A stretch of DNA of 64,000 nt from the NCBI GenBank assembly GCA_963662265.2, contig CAXXHA010000019.1, positions 1 through 64,000 on the forward strand, in the 5' to 3' direction. Below the pieces are notes generated by a model. The model did no database searches. It was not told the origin of the DNA and saw only the letters and a list, made by a program, of their open reading frames with translations. Position 1 is the first letter of the stretch; every line of letters starts with the position of its first letter. The stretch is from Spirochaetia bacterium (GTDB lineage: Bacteria; Spirochaetota; Spirochaetia; CADAEX01). Positions 1 to 10,043 of the stretch are shown piece after piece. The translations under genes and the position numbers were made by a program.

Positions 1-1229
1 CCTGTTTCAGACCACACAAGTGCTGCATTCTGCGCCTGGACATAAAGAGTATGGCTTCCGTCGCCCAGTGTTCCAGGAGTATAGCTCAGAGAAGTTGTTT
101 CAGTCGCTCCTGATGTCAGGTTGCTGTCATCAAGCTTGTATCTGTAGTTAACTGCTCCGGATACTGAATCCCACTGCCATGTAGGTGTATTGTCGGCTGT
201 GGATGTCGGGTACCCTGATATATAGACTGTAGGTGTTGATACAGTGCTGTCGATAACCGTAGTTTTGCTTCCGCTTGAAGAAACATTTCCAACAGAATCC
301 TCTGATCTGACATACAGGGTATATGTGTCGTCCGGAAGCGCTGATGCTGGAGTATAATTTGTTGAATCGCCCAGATCTGTCCAGTTTGAATCATCATAAC
401 TGCGCCAGTATTTTACTGCATCCGGTACAGCTGCCCACTGCCAGGTTGGTGTTGTGTCATTTGTTATGGACTGGCCGGTCACAGTCGGGGAATCCGGAGG
501 ATTTTTATCAATATAGACATCTTTGCTTTTTTCGTCTGAGTTAATGAAATTGTCATTGTGAAAAATTACAGAGAAAGTGTAGTTTTCATCATTTCCTGAA
601 GTGACAGAATGAGTATAGACAATCTGTGACTGGAAATCTCTACCGAGAATTCCGATAGTTGTCTTTGAAACGCTGTCGCTTTCAACATATACAGTCATTT
701 TTGTCACATAGAGGTTATCCCGTGTAAAGTTCAGTGTAACAGTGTCTTCATTTGTCTCTGATACAGCGCTGATTGTTCCATCGGGTTTTGAAGTTGAGAT
801 ACCTGTCGAAAATGTCCACCTGTATTCATCTGTAAGAGGATACCCGTCTGTGCTTTTCAGTCCTTTTTTTATTGTGACTGAATAATCTTTCTGCTGATCA
901 AAGTTACTGTCAGGTGTGAATATTATTGTGTTTGTATGTGAATTATATTCAATAGTTCCGCTAATGACGCCGAATTCACCTGTTATGATAATATTTGAAT
1001 TTGTTGCAGTAGATGAATCAAGTTGTTTATCAAATTTAATCTGTACAGTTGTATCCAGAAAAGCATCTTTTTCACCATACGGGGGAACTGTCGAGAGAAC
1101 ATCCAGAGCTCTGAAGACAGTGATGTCATTTTCTATCTTATCAAGTATCGGGTTGGGACAGCTCTGAAGAAGACCTGTCATTATAATAATTATAAATAAA
1201 AATATATATCTTTCTATTCTTCGTCCCAT
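1..1229 (-). CDS. Surface lipoprotein with Ig-like (SbsA/Big_5-type) domain and repeated Ig-like modules; 3' end runs off the window
   Basis: Not in the ORF track because there is no stop in the window. Manual translation from ATG at 1229: MGRRIERYIFLFIIIIMTGLLQSC (lipobox Cys), then 'VLSTVPPYGEKDAFLDTTVQIKFDKQLD...IIFTPDSNF...YSVTIKKGLKSTDGYPLTDEYRWTFSTG', then two repeats 'TNDTTPTWQW...TLYVRSEDSVGN' and 'TADNTPTWQW...TLYVQAQN'. Start overlaps the upstream gene's stop. Confidence 0.8.
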   Translation of the reverse strand, partial: MGRRIERYIFLFIIIIMTGLLQSCPNPILDKIENDITVFRALDVLSTVPPYGEKDAFLDTTVQIKFDKQLDSSTATNSNIIITGEFGVISGTIEYNSHTNTIIFTPDSNFDQQKDYSVTIKKGLKSTDGYPLTDEYRWTFSTGISTSKPDGTISAVSETNEDTVTLNFTRDNLYVTKMTVYVESDSVSKTTIGILGRDFQSQIVYTHSVTSGNDENYTFSVIFHNDNFINSDEKSKDVYIDKNPPDSPTVTGQSITNDTTPTWQWAAVPDAVKYWRSYDDSNWTDLGDSTNYTPASALPDDTYTLYVRSEDSVGNVSSSGSKTTVIDSTVSTPTVYISGYPTSTADNTPTWQWDSVSGAVNYRYKLDDSNLTSGATETTSLSYTPGTLGDGSHTLYVQAQNAALVWSET

Positions 1230-3268
1230 AATGTCTTCTCCTTATTGTCCCTTGAAGATGCTCTTCCAATAGCATCACTTTTTGATACAAGGTATGAGTA
1301 TTCATCAGCCAGAGACGGATTAAGGTTTTCAACCTTTGCAAAAGCAGTCTGTACTGTATCGTATTTCTCGAGTTCATAACTGACCTTTGCAATCCCGAGC
1401 AGGGAGCTCAGGTTTTCAGGGTTTTTTGAATTTGCCCTCCTGTAATAATCAAGAGCCTCAGAATAGTTTTCCCTGAGGAATGAAATGTTTCCCATGTTGA
1501 CAAGGGCTGGAAGGTACTCTGTCTTTGCAACAATCTTTCTGAACTCAGTTTCCGCCTTGTCAAAATAGCCGTATCTGGCATATAGAACTCCAAGACTGTT
1601 GATTTTTGAAGGGTAATTTCCACTTTCACTGATCTCCCTCTGAAGTTCAGCAATTCGAGGCTGGAGTTCTCGAAGTATTACTTTGTCAAGTTCTGAAATA
1701 TATGAAGAGAGAATTGCATCATCATCCGGTATTCTTATGTTTGAAGCGGTTTTGGGACTTCCCACAGGTTCGTACGTCTTCCATGATTCATGAACAGGAA
1801 ACAGGTTCGCCTGTCCCAGGCGGAAGTTTTCCCTCCACTCTTTTGCCCCCTCATCCCATGCCCTGGTAAATCCGTCCTGAATCATTGTGATTTCTACCGG
1901 AAGCCAGGTTTTACCGTTTTCAAAAATAAGGTTCCTTGTGTCTGAGAATATTTTTCCAGCCTCTTCCATTGTAATATCTAGGGAAAAAGCCATATAGATG
2001 TGTCCGGGAACTGTTATAAAGGCAGTTTCAATTCCTACAGATTCGAGGAGCGCGGAATACATTATTGAAAGATCGTCGCAGTCGCCTGCCTTGTAGTTCA
2101 TTGTCTGAACCGGAAACTGTAGATAATCTATTGACAGACTGTCTCTGGAAAACTCTTCGTAAGGGGTCTGGGGATCTATGACATAATTTATGTTGTAATC
2201 CCTGAGACTCTGAAAAACTCCCATTGCAAGTCGGAAATTGTTGTTGATAGTCTTTGTACCCTTGCCTCTTATTGTTCCTGCTATATATTTTGCATACCTG
2301 AGTATCTCAGGGTCTTTTGCTGTGACAAACGAGGCAGCCTTCCTGTCATCATCCCATGTCATTGCATTCCTGTCATAGAACCTGACAGTTTCAGAAATTT
2401 CCCTTTCCCTGCCTTTACCCAGGTAACTGTAGGAACATTTGAATTTTGCAGGGAGTTTTGTGGCTTCTGTTATTTCAAGAAGCTTGTCATTGAAAAGACC
2501 GTATACAGGAACTATCTTCTCCTCTCCCGGTTTTATTTCCCTGATTGTTGCAAAAACCTTTGGACTGTCCATGTAGTTTTCAACAAACAGGCTTAACTCA
2601 ATATCCTTGAGGCTGCTGTTTTCTGAATTCCTGATGCTTAAGTTTCCAAGAGGGTTATCGTCATAGTATTTATAGAATACCGGGAACACTGGCAGTATCT
2701 GGATACGCTCCATCTCAAGGCCTGAATCCCTGCCTGTTCCACCGAGCCTTATAAGTGTTCCTGCATTGACGCCGAAACCCCTGTAGAGGCTCAACCCTTC
2801 TGAAGTTGCCAGAAAATCCCTGTAGACAGCGCCCAGACCCATGCTTAAAGTGGGATTGAATATAAAGGAAAAAAGAGAATCAACAGAATAGAAAAGATCT
2901 GACCCGTTTTCCCCCTCATACATACCTGCATAGTAGCCGCCACCGGCTGAAAACCTTATGTTTATCAATTCAGCAGGCCTGAAAATATATCCGGCGTTAA
3001 GGCTGAATGCTGCAATAGACAGGTTTGTCTCCGCTATGGTGGGTATCATTAGATACCCGATGTTCCCCTTGAAAAAGATATTTGAAAGGTTTTGAGGCAT
3101 GAATTCAGCGGCGAAACTACCGCCGTATCCGATTTCGAAATTTTCAGATGAATCGCCCAGTGGAAATGCAGCTTCAGGCATTGCAAGAAGTGATATTTTA
3201 CTGCCGCCCTGGGGAAACACTGAAAAAACTGTTACTGCTGCAAAAAGCAGTATGATTAGTTTTTTCAT
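1214..3268 (-). CDS. Exported protein: N-terminal beta-barrel-like region, transglutaminase-like domain and C-terminal TPRs
   Basis: 684-aa ORF with signal peptide and alternating aromatic/Gly strands in aa ~25-175. Transglutaminase-like motifs GDCDDLSIMYSALLESVGI...VPGHIY...WLPVEIT. TPR motifs 'NSLGVLYARYGYFDKAETEF' and 'NMGNISFLRENYSEALDYYRRA'. Confidence 0.75.
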   Translation of the reverse strand: MKKLIILLFAAVTVFSVFPQGGSKISLLAMPEAAFPLGDSSENFEIGYGGSFAAEFMPQNLSNIFFKGNIGYLMIPTIAETNLSIAAFSLNAGYIFRPAELINIRFSAGGGYYAGMYEGENGSDLFYSVDSLFSFIFNPTLSMGLGAVYRDFLATSEGLSLYRGFGVNAGTLIRLGGTGRDSGLEMERIQILPVFPVFYKYYDDNPLGNLSIRNSENSSLKDIELSLFVENYMDSPKVFATIREIKPGEEKIVPVYGLFNDKLLEITEATKLPAKFKCSYSYLGKGREREISETVRFYDRNAMTWDDDRKAASFVTAKDPEILRYAKYIAGTIRGKGTKTINNNFRLAMGVFQSLRDYNINYVIDPQTPYEEFSRDSLSIDYLQFPVQTMNYKAGDCDDLSIMYSALLESVGIETAFITVPGHIYMAFSLDITMEEAGKIFSDTRNLIFENGKTWLPVEITMIQDGFTRAWDEGAKEWRENFRLGQANLFPVHESWKTYEPVGSPKTASNIRIPDDDAILSSYISELDKVILRELQPRIAELQREISESGNYPSKINSLGVLYARYGYFDKAETEFRKIVAKTEYLPALVNMGNISFLRENYSEALDYYRRANSKNPENLSSLLGIAKVSYELEKYDTVQTAFAKVENLNPSLADEYSYLVSKSDAIGRASSRDNKEKTLWDEE

Positions 3269-3376
3269 TTTTCTCTCCAGAGATTGTTTGTAAGCAGTAT
3301 TAAAATAGAGAATCTCTATTGTAAAGTATAATTCAGTGAAGTGTTATTTTCCACAGAAACAGACTTATTTGTCCGG

Positions 3377-6300
3377 TCAGTTTTCCGACCGGACAAATAA
3401 ATTTCTGATATCCCTGATTATCAGAAAGAGAGAGGGAACCATAATCAGGGTTACAAGTGTGGCAAAGATGAGACCGTAGGAAAGCGCCATGACTACAGGA
3501 ACGAGGCTCTGTACATCACCTCCTATGCCGTAAACAGATGGGAGAAGTCCCGCAACAGTTGTCAGTGTTGTGAGAATTATCGGCCTGAGTCTCTGTTTTG
3601 CACCTTCTGCAATATCATCTTTGAGCGAAGATGAATTGTTCTCCTTTACAAGCTTGTTGATAAAAGCAACCATGACAACACTGTCATTGACAACAACCCC
3701 GCTCAGACCGATTATTCCGACAAGCGCCATAAATGAAAGGGGAATGTTGTGAAAGTAGAATGCCAGAAGAACACCGATTATACTGAAAGGTATTGTAAAT
3801 AAAACAATAAGAGGCTGTTCTGATTTTTTAAACAGTATTAAAAGAAGGAAGTAAATAAGAATAAGTGCAAGAACAAGTGAGTATTTAAGGTCTGAAAGAG
3901 ATTCCTGTGTATCTTCAGCCTCCCCTTTTATAATAAGTTTTATGTTTTTATCTCTGCCTGGTATTGAATCGAAGTATTCTCTTACTCCGGCTGAAACTGT
4001 ATTTGCTGTAGTTTTGTTTTTATCAACCCTTGATGTTATTGTTATTACACGGTTGCCGTTGAAATGATTGATTATTGCAGGACCGGTTCCTGTTTCAATA
4101 GATGCGACCTGATTCAGCCTGATAAGTCTTCCCTTTGCATTCGGTATAAGGAGGTTTTCAAGAAAAACAATATCTCTTGTATACTTGTCATCAATCATGA
4201 CCCTGAAATCAATTTTTTCCTTCTCTGTCTGTATTGAAGTTGAGACAGTACCGTCATAGGCAGTTTTTACAGTCTGGGCAACAGATGCAACATTGAGATC
4301 AAGCTTTGCAAGAGCTTCATAGTCAAATACTATTTTAAGTTCATTTTTTCCCGGTTTCTGGTCATTATCAAGATCAACAACCCCTGGAAGCTCTTTCATG
4401 AATGTATTTATTTTTTCAAATACTTCAAATCTCTTATCAGCATCACCTCCGGTAAGTTTCATCTCCACCATTCCGCTTGAAGATGGACCAATTGTCATTT
4501 TTGAAAAAGTGATCTTTCTGAATTTCTTGACTGTATCTTTCTGATTTTTGAATTCATTTTTAACAGCATTGATAATCTGTTCCACAGACCTGTCTCTTTC
4601 TGTATTCGGTACAAGATAGACTGCTATTTGTGCCCAGTTTTCATGGTTTCCCTGTGAATTTATTCTTTTTACTGTATGGTGTCCGATGCTTGTTTTAAGT
4701 GCAAAAAGTTCATTCTTTTTAATTGCCTTATTGATGTAATCCTCAATCGGTTCAGCCATTATTGAAGTTTTCTCGAGAGAAGTACCTTCAGGCGCTTCCA
4801 TATTAACCAGGAATGAATCTGAAGTATTATCCCACATCAGAACAAAATTCCTGATATTGTCTCTTGCAAGGAAAACAGAAAAACCAAGAAGAATAATGAA
4901 TAAAGCGACAACCAGATAACGGAAACTGAAAAGCCTGAGAAGAAGTTTCTTGTATAGCTGTGCAAACTTTTCAAAACGATTCTTAATGGTTTTACTTTTT
5001 TTGTTTTTTATATGGGCAAGATGTCCGGGAAGAATAAAAACAGCTTCAAGAAATGAAAGTATAAGCGCTGCGGAAATTATGACAGGATATACTCTTATGA
5101 ATTTACCCATTATCCCCCCAACATAAAGGAGAGGGAGAAAGGCAGCAATTGTTGTGAGTATGGTAACAAGAACAGGGGAAAGTACATCTTTAACACCTTT
5201 TACAGCAGCATCTGCCGGAGAAAGTCCCTGTTTTTTAAAAGTAAAGACTGTTTCTGATATTACAATTCCATGGTCTACCAGCATACCGAGTACTGTTATA
5301 ACTGCACCCAGTGTTATAAGGTTAAGGGAATAATCCATCAGATTGAAGAAAGTGAAAAGCATTAAAAGTGTTGTCGGTATACCGAATGCAGTCCAGAATG
5401 CTGTTTTTGTAATCAAGGAAAAACAGGAGAATAACAAAAACCAGAAGAAATCCTATTAATGCGTTTGATGCCACAACATTCAGAAGACTTCTGATTGAAA
5501 GAGACCTGTCATCGACAGGAGAAAGTTTTATGCCGTCAGGAACGCTTTTCAGTTCTTTCTGTATAAAAACATTGAGATTGTCTACTGTATCCACTATATC
5601 TGAATTTTCTTTTTTTACAATGCTGAACACTATGCCGGGTTTCTTGTTTACCCTCATCATAACAGCCTGTTTTTCAAAGCTGTCTTCAACTTTCGCTATA
5701 TTATTTATTCTTAGTGCAGGTCTTTCAAAAGTGGAACGGATAATAACATTTTCAACATCCAGAGGGTTTTCAAATTCGCCGATTGTTACGATATTATGCT
5801 CTTTCTGAATAGACTGAAGCGAACCTCCTGTAATCCTTACATTTCTGTTCTGAATACTCCTTGTTATTTCGTTCAGAGATACATAGTTTGACTGGAGCTT
5901 ATAGGGATTCACCTTAATCTTTATTTCCCTTTCCTTGTAGCCGGAAACTCTTATTTCTCCGACTCCCTTGATATTTTTAAGCTTTTTTTCAATATAATCT
6001 GAATAATCATAGAATTGATTTTCAGATATCTTTTTCAGCATCTTCATAGGTAAGTGAAAGTGAGTAAACTGCCATCCGTTTGGGATTTATATCTACAATT
6101 GTTATATCATCTACTTCAGTGGAAATTCCTTCTGTATCAGTGCCTATGTCCCTGTATATCTGATCTTTTACACTTTTCAAATCCTTCACATCAGGGTCAA
6201 GATAAACATATACAGTACCTCCGTTTTCAACAGACAGGGAAACTGTGTTTTTTATTCCCGGGAATTGTCGAGAGTTTATCCTCAATTGGAATTACAGCAT

Positions 6301-6487
6301 TTATTTCCGAATCCCTGGGACTTGCACCGGGATATTTAATTTCTACAACCATTGTATTGATATCTGTAGGTGGAAATATTTCCTGATTCAGATTTCTGAA
6401 ACTCAGGAAACCTGTTAATAGTATCAGCAAGAGGATGAATCCTGTAACAGCTTTGTTTTTTATAAAATAATCAACAATTTTTATCAT
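3377..6487 (-). CDS. RND (AcrB-family) efflux permease, interrupted by three single-base frameshifts
   Basis: Four consecutive ORFs (6227-6487, 6022-6285, 5322-6047, 3377-5437) join into one ~1030-aa RND. Motifs 'YPGASPRDSEINAVIPIEDKL', 'LGMLVDHGIVISE', 'GVVVNDSVVMV', 'RLRPIILTTLTTVAGLLP'. Shifts near 6260, ~6030 and ~5406. Confidence 0.9.
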
Positions 6488-7911
6488 TGCTGTATTCCTT
6501 CTGTTTTATTCTGTATCAGAGTATCTGAGAGTTCCTTCAGTCTTAGACAGATTTTTTTAAGATTAAGAAGCTGATCGTTCTTTTTAATTTTCTGCTGGGT
6601 TTCAAAATCAAGGCTCTGAATAATATAATTGAGTTCACCTCTTCCCTGGTTATAGTATTTTCTTTCTTCTTCTGTTTTTTCTGCAGCAATTTTAATCAGT
6701 TCATCCTGTGATGATATAAGTATTTTATTCTGATCAAGCTGTGCATAGAGGGATTCTGAAAGGGATTTGTATTCAGATACAAGAGATAATCTTTTATCTT
6801 CTGTGTTTCTGATCCGGGATTCTGCCTCAGATATGAGGTTGTTGTATTTCTCATTATTCAGCGGACCTGAATATGTAAGACTTATACCTGCATCAGGATA
6901 TACAGAAGATAAAGAACCGCTTAAATCATCTTCCCTGCTTGATATTCCCATGCTTACATTAAGATCTAAATAAGGATCTTTGGATAAATTCAAACGGTTT
7001 ACAGTTTTTGAATATTTTTCTTTTTCAATAGAATTTATCATGAAAATGCGGTTGTCTGAAATATCTGATAATTCAATTCCCTCAGAGTCTACGCTGCTTA
7101 TTTTATAAAAATCATATTCAGGATTGTCATCTGAAATATCTATACCAAGTTCTTCCCTGAGACTTATTTCAAGAAGTTCAAGTCTGTTTTCATATTGAAG
7201 CTGAAGCTGCCTGCTGTTCAGGACCGACTCCCTTCCCCTTAGAATATCAATTTCATCCACAAGATTGTTTCTGAATCGTGAATTAATCTGTTCAAGAAGT
7301 CTTTCCGCATAGTCTACTCTCAATTTCATGAGACGGATTGTCTCTTTGAGATAAACCCAGTCCAGGTATACATTCGAGAACTCCAGTATTATTTTCTCTG
7401 TCAGCTCTGTGTTGTTTAATACCAGCATCCTGTAATCATCGTTAAGTTCATCTTCAAGAAGTTTTAATTCTCTTAATCCCCTGTTTTTCAACAGTGACTG
7501 TTTGTAGAAGAGTGAGATTTTCTGTTTATAAAGTTCTTCACTCTGTTCCTGTGAAAGAGGATCATTGTAATCAGCTGTTGTTGTCCCGGTTATCCCGATT
7601 TCACCTCCGCTGTATCCTAGAGGAGTTTTAAGGCTTAATTCAGTTCCGTACTGTGTTGTTTCTGAACTCTTGTACTGGTAGGCTGAAGCTTCCCCGAAAT
7701 AATTTACAAACGGTTTTACACTCAAAATCCATTTATCAAGGGAAAGAGCTGAATCAGATCTGATTCTGGATATTTCTTCGTTTGAAGAAAAAACCTTGAG
7801 TTGGGGATGGGTATCAAGTATTTTTTCAATAAATGAATCCATTGTAAGATTTTCCGCAGAAATAAAGGAAGCGGTAAAAAATATAAATAAAAACAGATTT
7901 ATTTTTTTCAT
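6484..7911 (-). CDS. TolC-family outer membrane efflux protein
   Basis: Likely start MKKINLFLF at 7911 with a signal peptide. Helical OEP-like patterns 'NVYLDWVYLKETI...INSRFRNNLVDEIDILRG' and 'ERKYYNQGRGELNYIIQS'. Overlaps the RND start by 4 nt. Confidence 0.75.
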   Translation of the reverse strand: MKKINLFLFIFFTASFISAENLTMDSFIEKILDTHPQLKVFSSNEEISRIRSDSALSLDKWILSVKPFVNYFGEASAYQYKSSETTQYGTELSLKTPLGYSGGEIGITGTTTADYNDPLSQEQSEELYKQKISLFYKQSLLKNRGLRELKLLEDELNDDYRMLVLNNTELTEKIILEFSNVYLDWVYLKETIRLMKLRVDYAERLLEQINSRFRNNLVDEIDILRGRESVLNSRQLQLQYENRLELLEISLREELGIDISDDNPEYDFYKISSVDSEGIELSDISDNRIFMINSIEKEKYSKTVNRLNLSKDPYLDLNVSMGISSREDDLSGSLSSVYPDAGISLTYSGPLNNEKYNNLISEAESRIRNTEDKRLSLVSEYKSLSESLYAQLDQNKILISSQDELIKIAAEKTEEERKYYNQGRGELNYIIQSLDFETQQKIKKNDQLLNLKKICLRLKELSDTLIQNKTEGIQQ

Positions 7912-8059
7912 ACAGTGCCTCTTAAAATAACAATATATAAAATATACTATATAAGCAGGAAAATACAAATATATTTAATAAAAAATTAAAAATGTGGTAT
8001 ATTTAATAATAATTCAGAACAAGGAGGAATAGAAGTTTTAGTTTAAACTTTTTAAAATT

Positions 8060-8278
8060 ATGAGTGATTTTTCATATGAAGTCGTAAGACATATTGGAAC
8101 GTTATCAGAAAACAATAAGGGATGGAAAAAAGAGCTTAATCTTGTCAGCTGGAATGGAAGAGCACCTAAATATGATATAAGGGACTGGGCTCCCGACAGG
8201 GAAACGATGGGAAAGGGAATAACACTGAATGAAGATGAGGTTAATAAATTAAAAGAATTACTGAAAGAATTCTCGTAA
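8060..8278 (+). CDS. YdbC/PC4-family ssDNA-binding protein
   Basis: 72 aa with the family signature 'GWKKELNLVSWNGRAPKYDIRDW...MGKGITL'. Confidence 0.85.
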   Translation: MSDFSYEVVRHIGTLSENNKGWKKELNLVSWNGRAPKYDIRDWAPDRETMGKGITLNEDEVNKLKELLKEFS

Positions 8279-8392
8279 TAAATTTAAAATAACGCATAAA
8301 CAATAAAATCTATATTAGTTAAATCTTATTTAATATAAATCAGAAAGAAACAGAATTATCGACTGATACTGATTCAGACAGAATGAAAACTG

Positions 8393-8430
8393 AAAAAAGG
8401 GGCAATCTAATTAATTATTAGACAGCCCCT
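8393..8430 (-). terminator. Intrinsic terminator downstream of guaA
   Basis: Minus strand AGGGGCTGTCTAAT-aatta-ATTAGATTGCCCCT followed by a T-run. Confidence 0.6.
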
Positions 8431-8436
8431 GTGTAT

Positions 8437-8459
8437 TTTTGCAGGCAGAGCCTGCAAAA
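8437..8459. terminator. Second hairpin between the convergent YdbC-family gene and guaA
   Basis: TTTTGCAGG-cagag-CCTGCAAAA, a perfect 9-bp inverted repeat. Confidence 0.4.
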
Positions 8460-8491
8460 TTGATATCAAATGATTTTAAATATTTAATAAA

Positions 8492-10043
8492 TTATTCCCA
8501 TTCAATAGTAGCTGGAGGCTTGCTGGAAATAACATAAACAACCCTGCCTACACCGGGAACTGATGTTGGTTATAAGGGATGATATTTCAAGAAGATCCTT
8601 CATAAGGAACGGATAAACATCAGCTGTCATTCCGTCTTTTGATGTAACTGCCCTCAGTGAAACAATCTGGCCGTATTTTCTTGCATCCCCTGCAACACCT
8701 ACAGACCTGATTGGGAGAAGTACTGTAAATGCCTGCCAGATCTTATCGTAAAGATCTCTCTTTTTAAGTTCATCGATAAAAATATAATCGACTTCCCTTA
8801 AAAGATCGCATTTTTCCCTTGTAATATCTCCCAGGATTCTAACTGCCAGGCCAGGTCCAGGAAAAGGATGCCTGTAAATTATATTATCAGAGAGCCCTGT
8901 AACTTCACCGAGTTTTCTCACCTCATCCTTGTAAAGGCAGTCAAGAGGTTCAATAATTTCACCTTTGTTTCTCTTTTCCTCAACAAGAGGAGATTTTACA
9001 TTGTGATGAGATTTTATAACATGAGCTTTCTTGCCAACCCCTTTTCCTGATTCAATAAGATCTGTATAAAGAGTCCCCTGGGCAAGCATTGCGTTTTCAG
9101 GGATATTGAGTTTCTTAACCTCTTCTGTCTGAACCTGGATAAAGAGGTCGCCGATAATCTTTCTCTTCTTTTCAGGATCATCTTCACCCTTGAGAGCTGT
9201 AAGGAATCTCTCTTCAGCGTTTATTATATGAAGATTTTCAGCACCGAGTTTTTTGAGATTAACTTCAACTTCTTCAGACTCATTCTTTCTCATCATACCT
9301 GTATCGATATACATGAGATGAATTTTTTCAGGGGGGAGAGCTTTCAGGAGAAGCCCTGCCACAACTGCGGAATCCACACCTCCCGATATGAGAAGAAGTA
9401 CATCTCTGCCTGCTGCCTGTTCTACTATTCTCTTTTTTGTCTGCTCAAAATAAACATCCATATTCCATTTCTTTTCAGCGCCGCTTATACGTGATGCGAA
9501 ATTTTCAAGAATTTTAACACCGTATTCACAGTGAGTAACTTCAGGATGAAACTGAATTCCGTAGATGTTTTTATCCTGGTTATATACAGCCGCAGTATGG
9601 TGTTCTGATTCAGCAATAATTTCAAAACCATCACCCGGTTTTTCTATACTGTCGCCGTGACTCATCCATGAAATGAAATTCTCAGGTACTTCATGAAAAA
9701 GATCTGATTTTTCCAGGTAGTTAACAGCAGATCTTCCGTATTCTTTCTTCTCAAGCGGTTTTACTGAACCGTTGAAATCAGTTGTAAGCCTCTGCAGTCC
9801 GAAACAGATCCCAAGAATCGGGAGTCCAGTCTTATAAACAGCTTTATCTACAACAGGGGCATCTTCATCATATACAGATTCAGGAGAGCCTGAAAGGATA
9901 ATCCCTTTTACATCAGAAAGATCAAGATCTGATATGCTGACTTCACCGGGATATACTTCCGAGTAAATACCTATCTCACGTATTCTGCGTGAGATAAGCT
10001 GAGTAGTCTGGCTTCCGAAATCAAGAATTATTATTTTGTCCAT
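8492..10043 (-). CDS. guaA: GMP synthase (glutamine-hydrolysing); frameshift near 8570
   Basis: Motifs 'ILDFGSQTTQLI', 'GICFGLQ', 'QFHPEV', 'SGGVDS', 'IKSHHNV', 'RHPFPGPGL'. The canonical C-terminus 'VPGVGRVVYVISSKPPATIEWE*' lies in another frame and ends at 8492. Confidence 0.95.

Noticed and set aside
116-1653. Short ORFs at 116-397, 323-544, 916-1167, 1141-1392 and 1408-1653
   Set aside because: Alternative-frame or antisense shadows of the 1-1229 lipoprotein and the 684-aa gene; no motifs or RBS.
3377-6487. Calling the RND gene (and guaA, pgpH, lptD) pseudogenes
   Set aside because: Only isolated single-base indels, mostly at homopolymers, with intact motifs; assembly error is more parsimonious.
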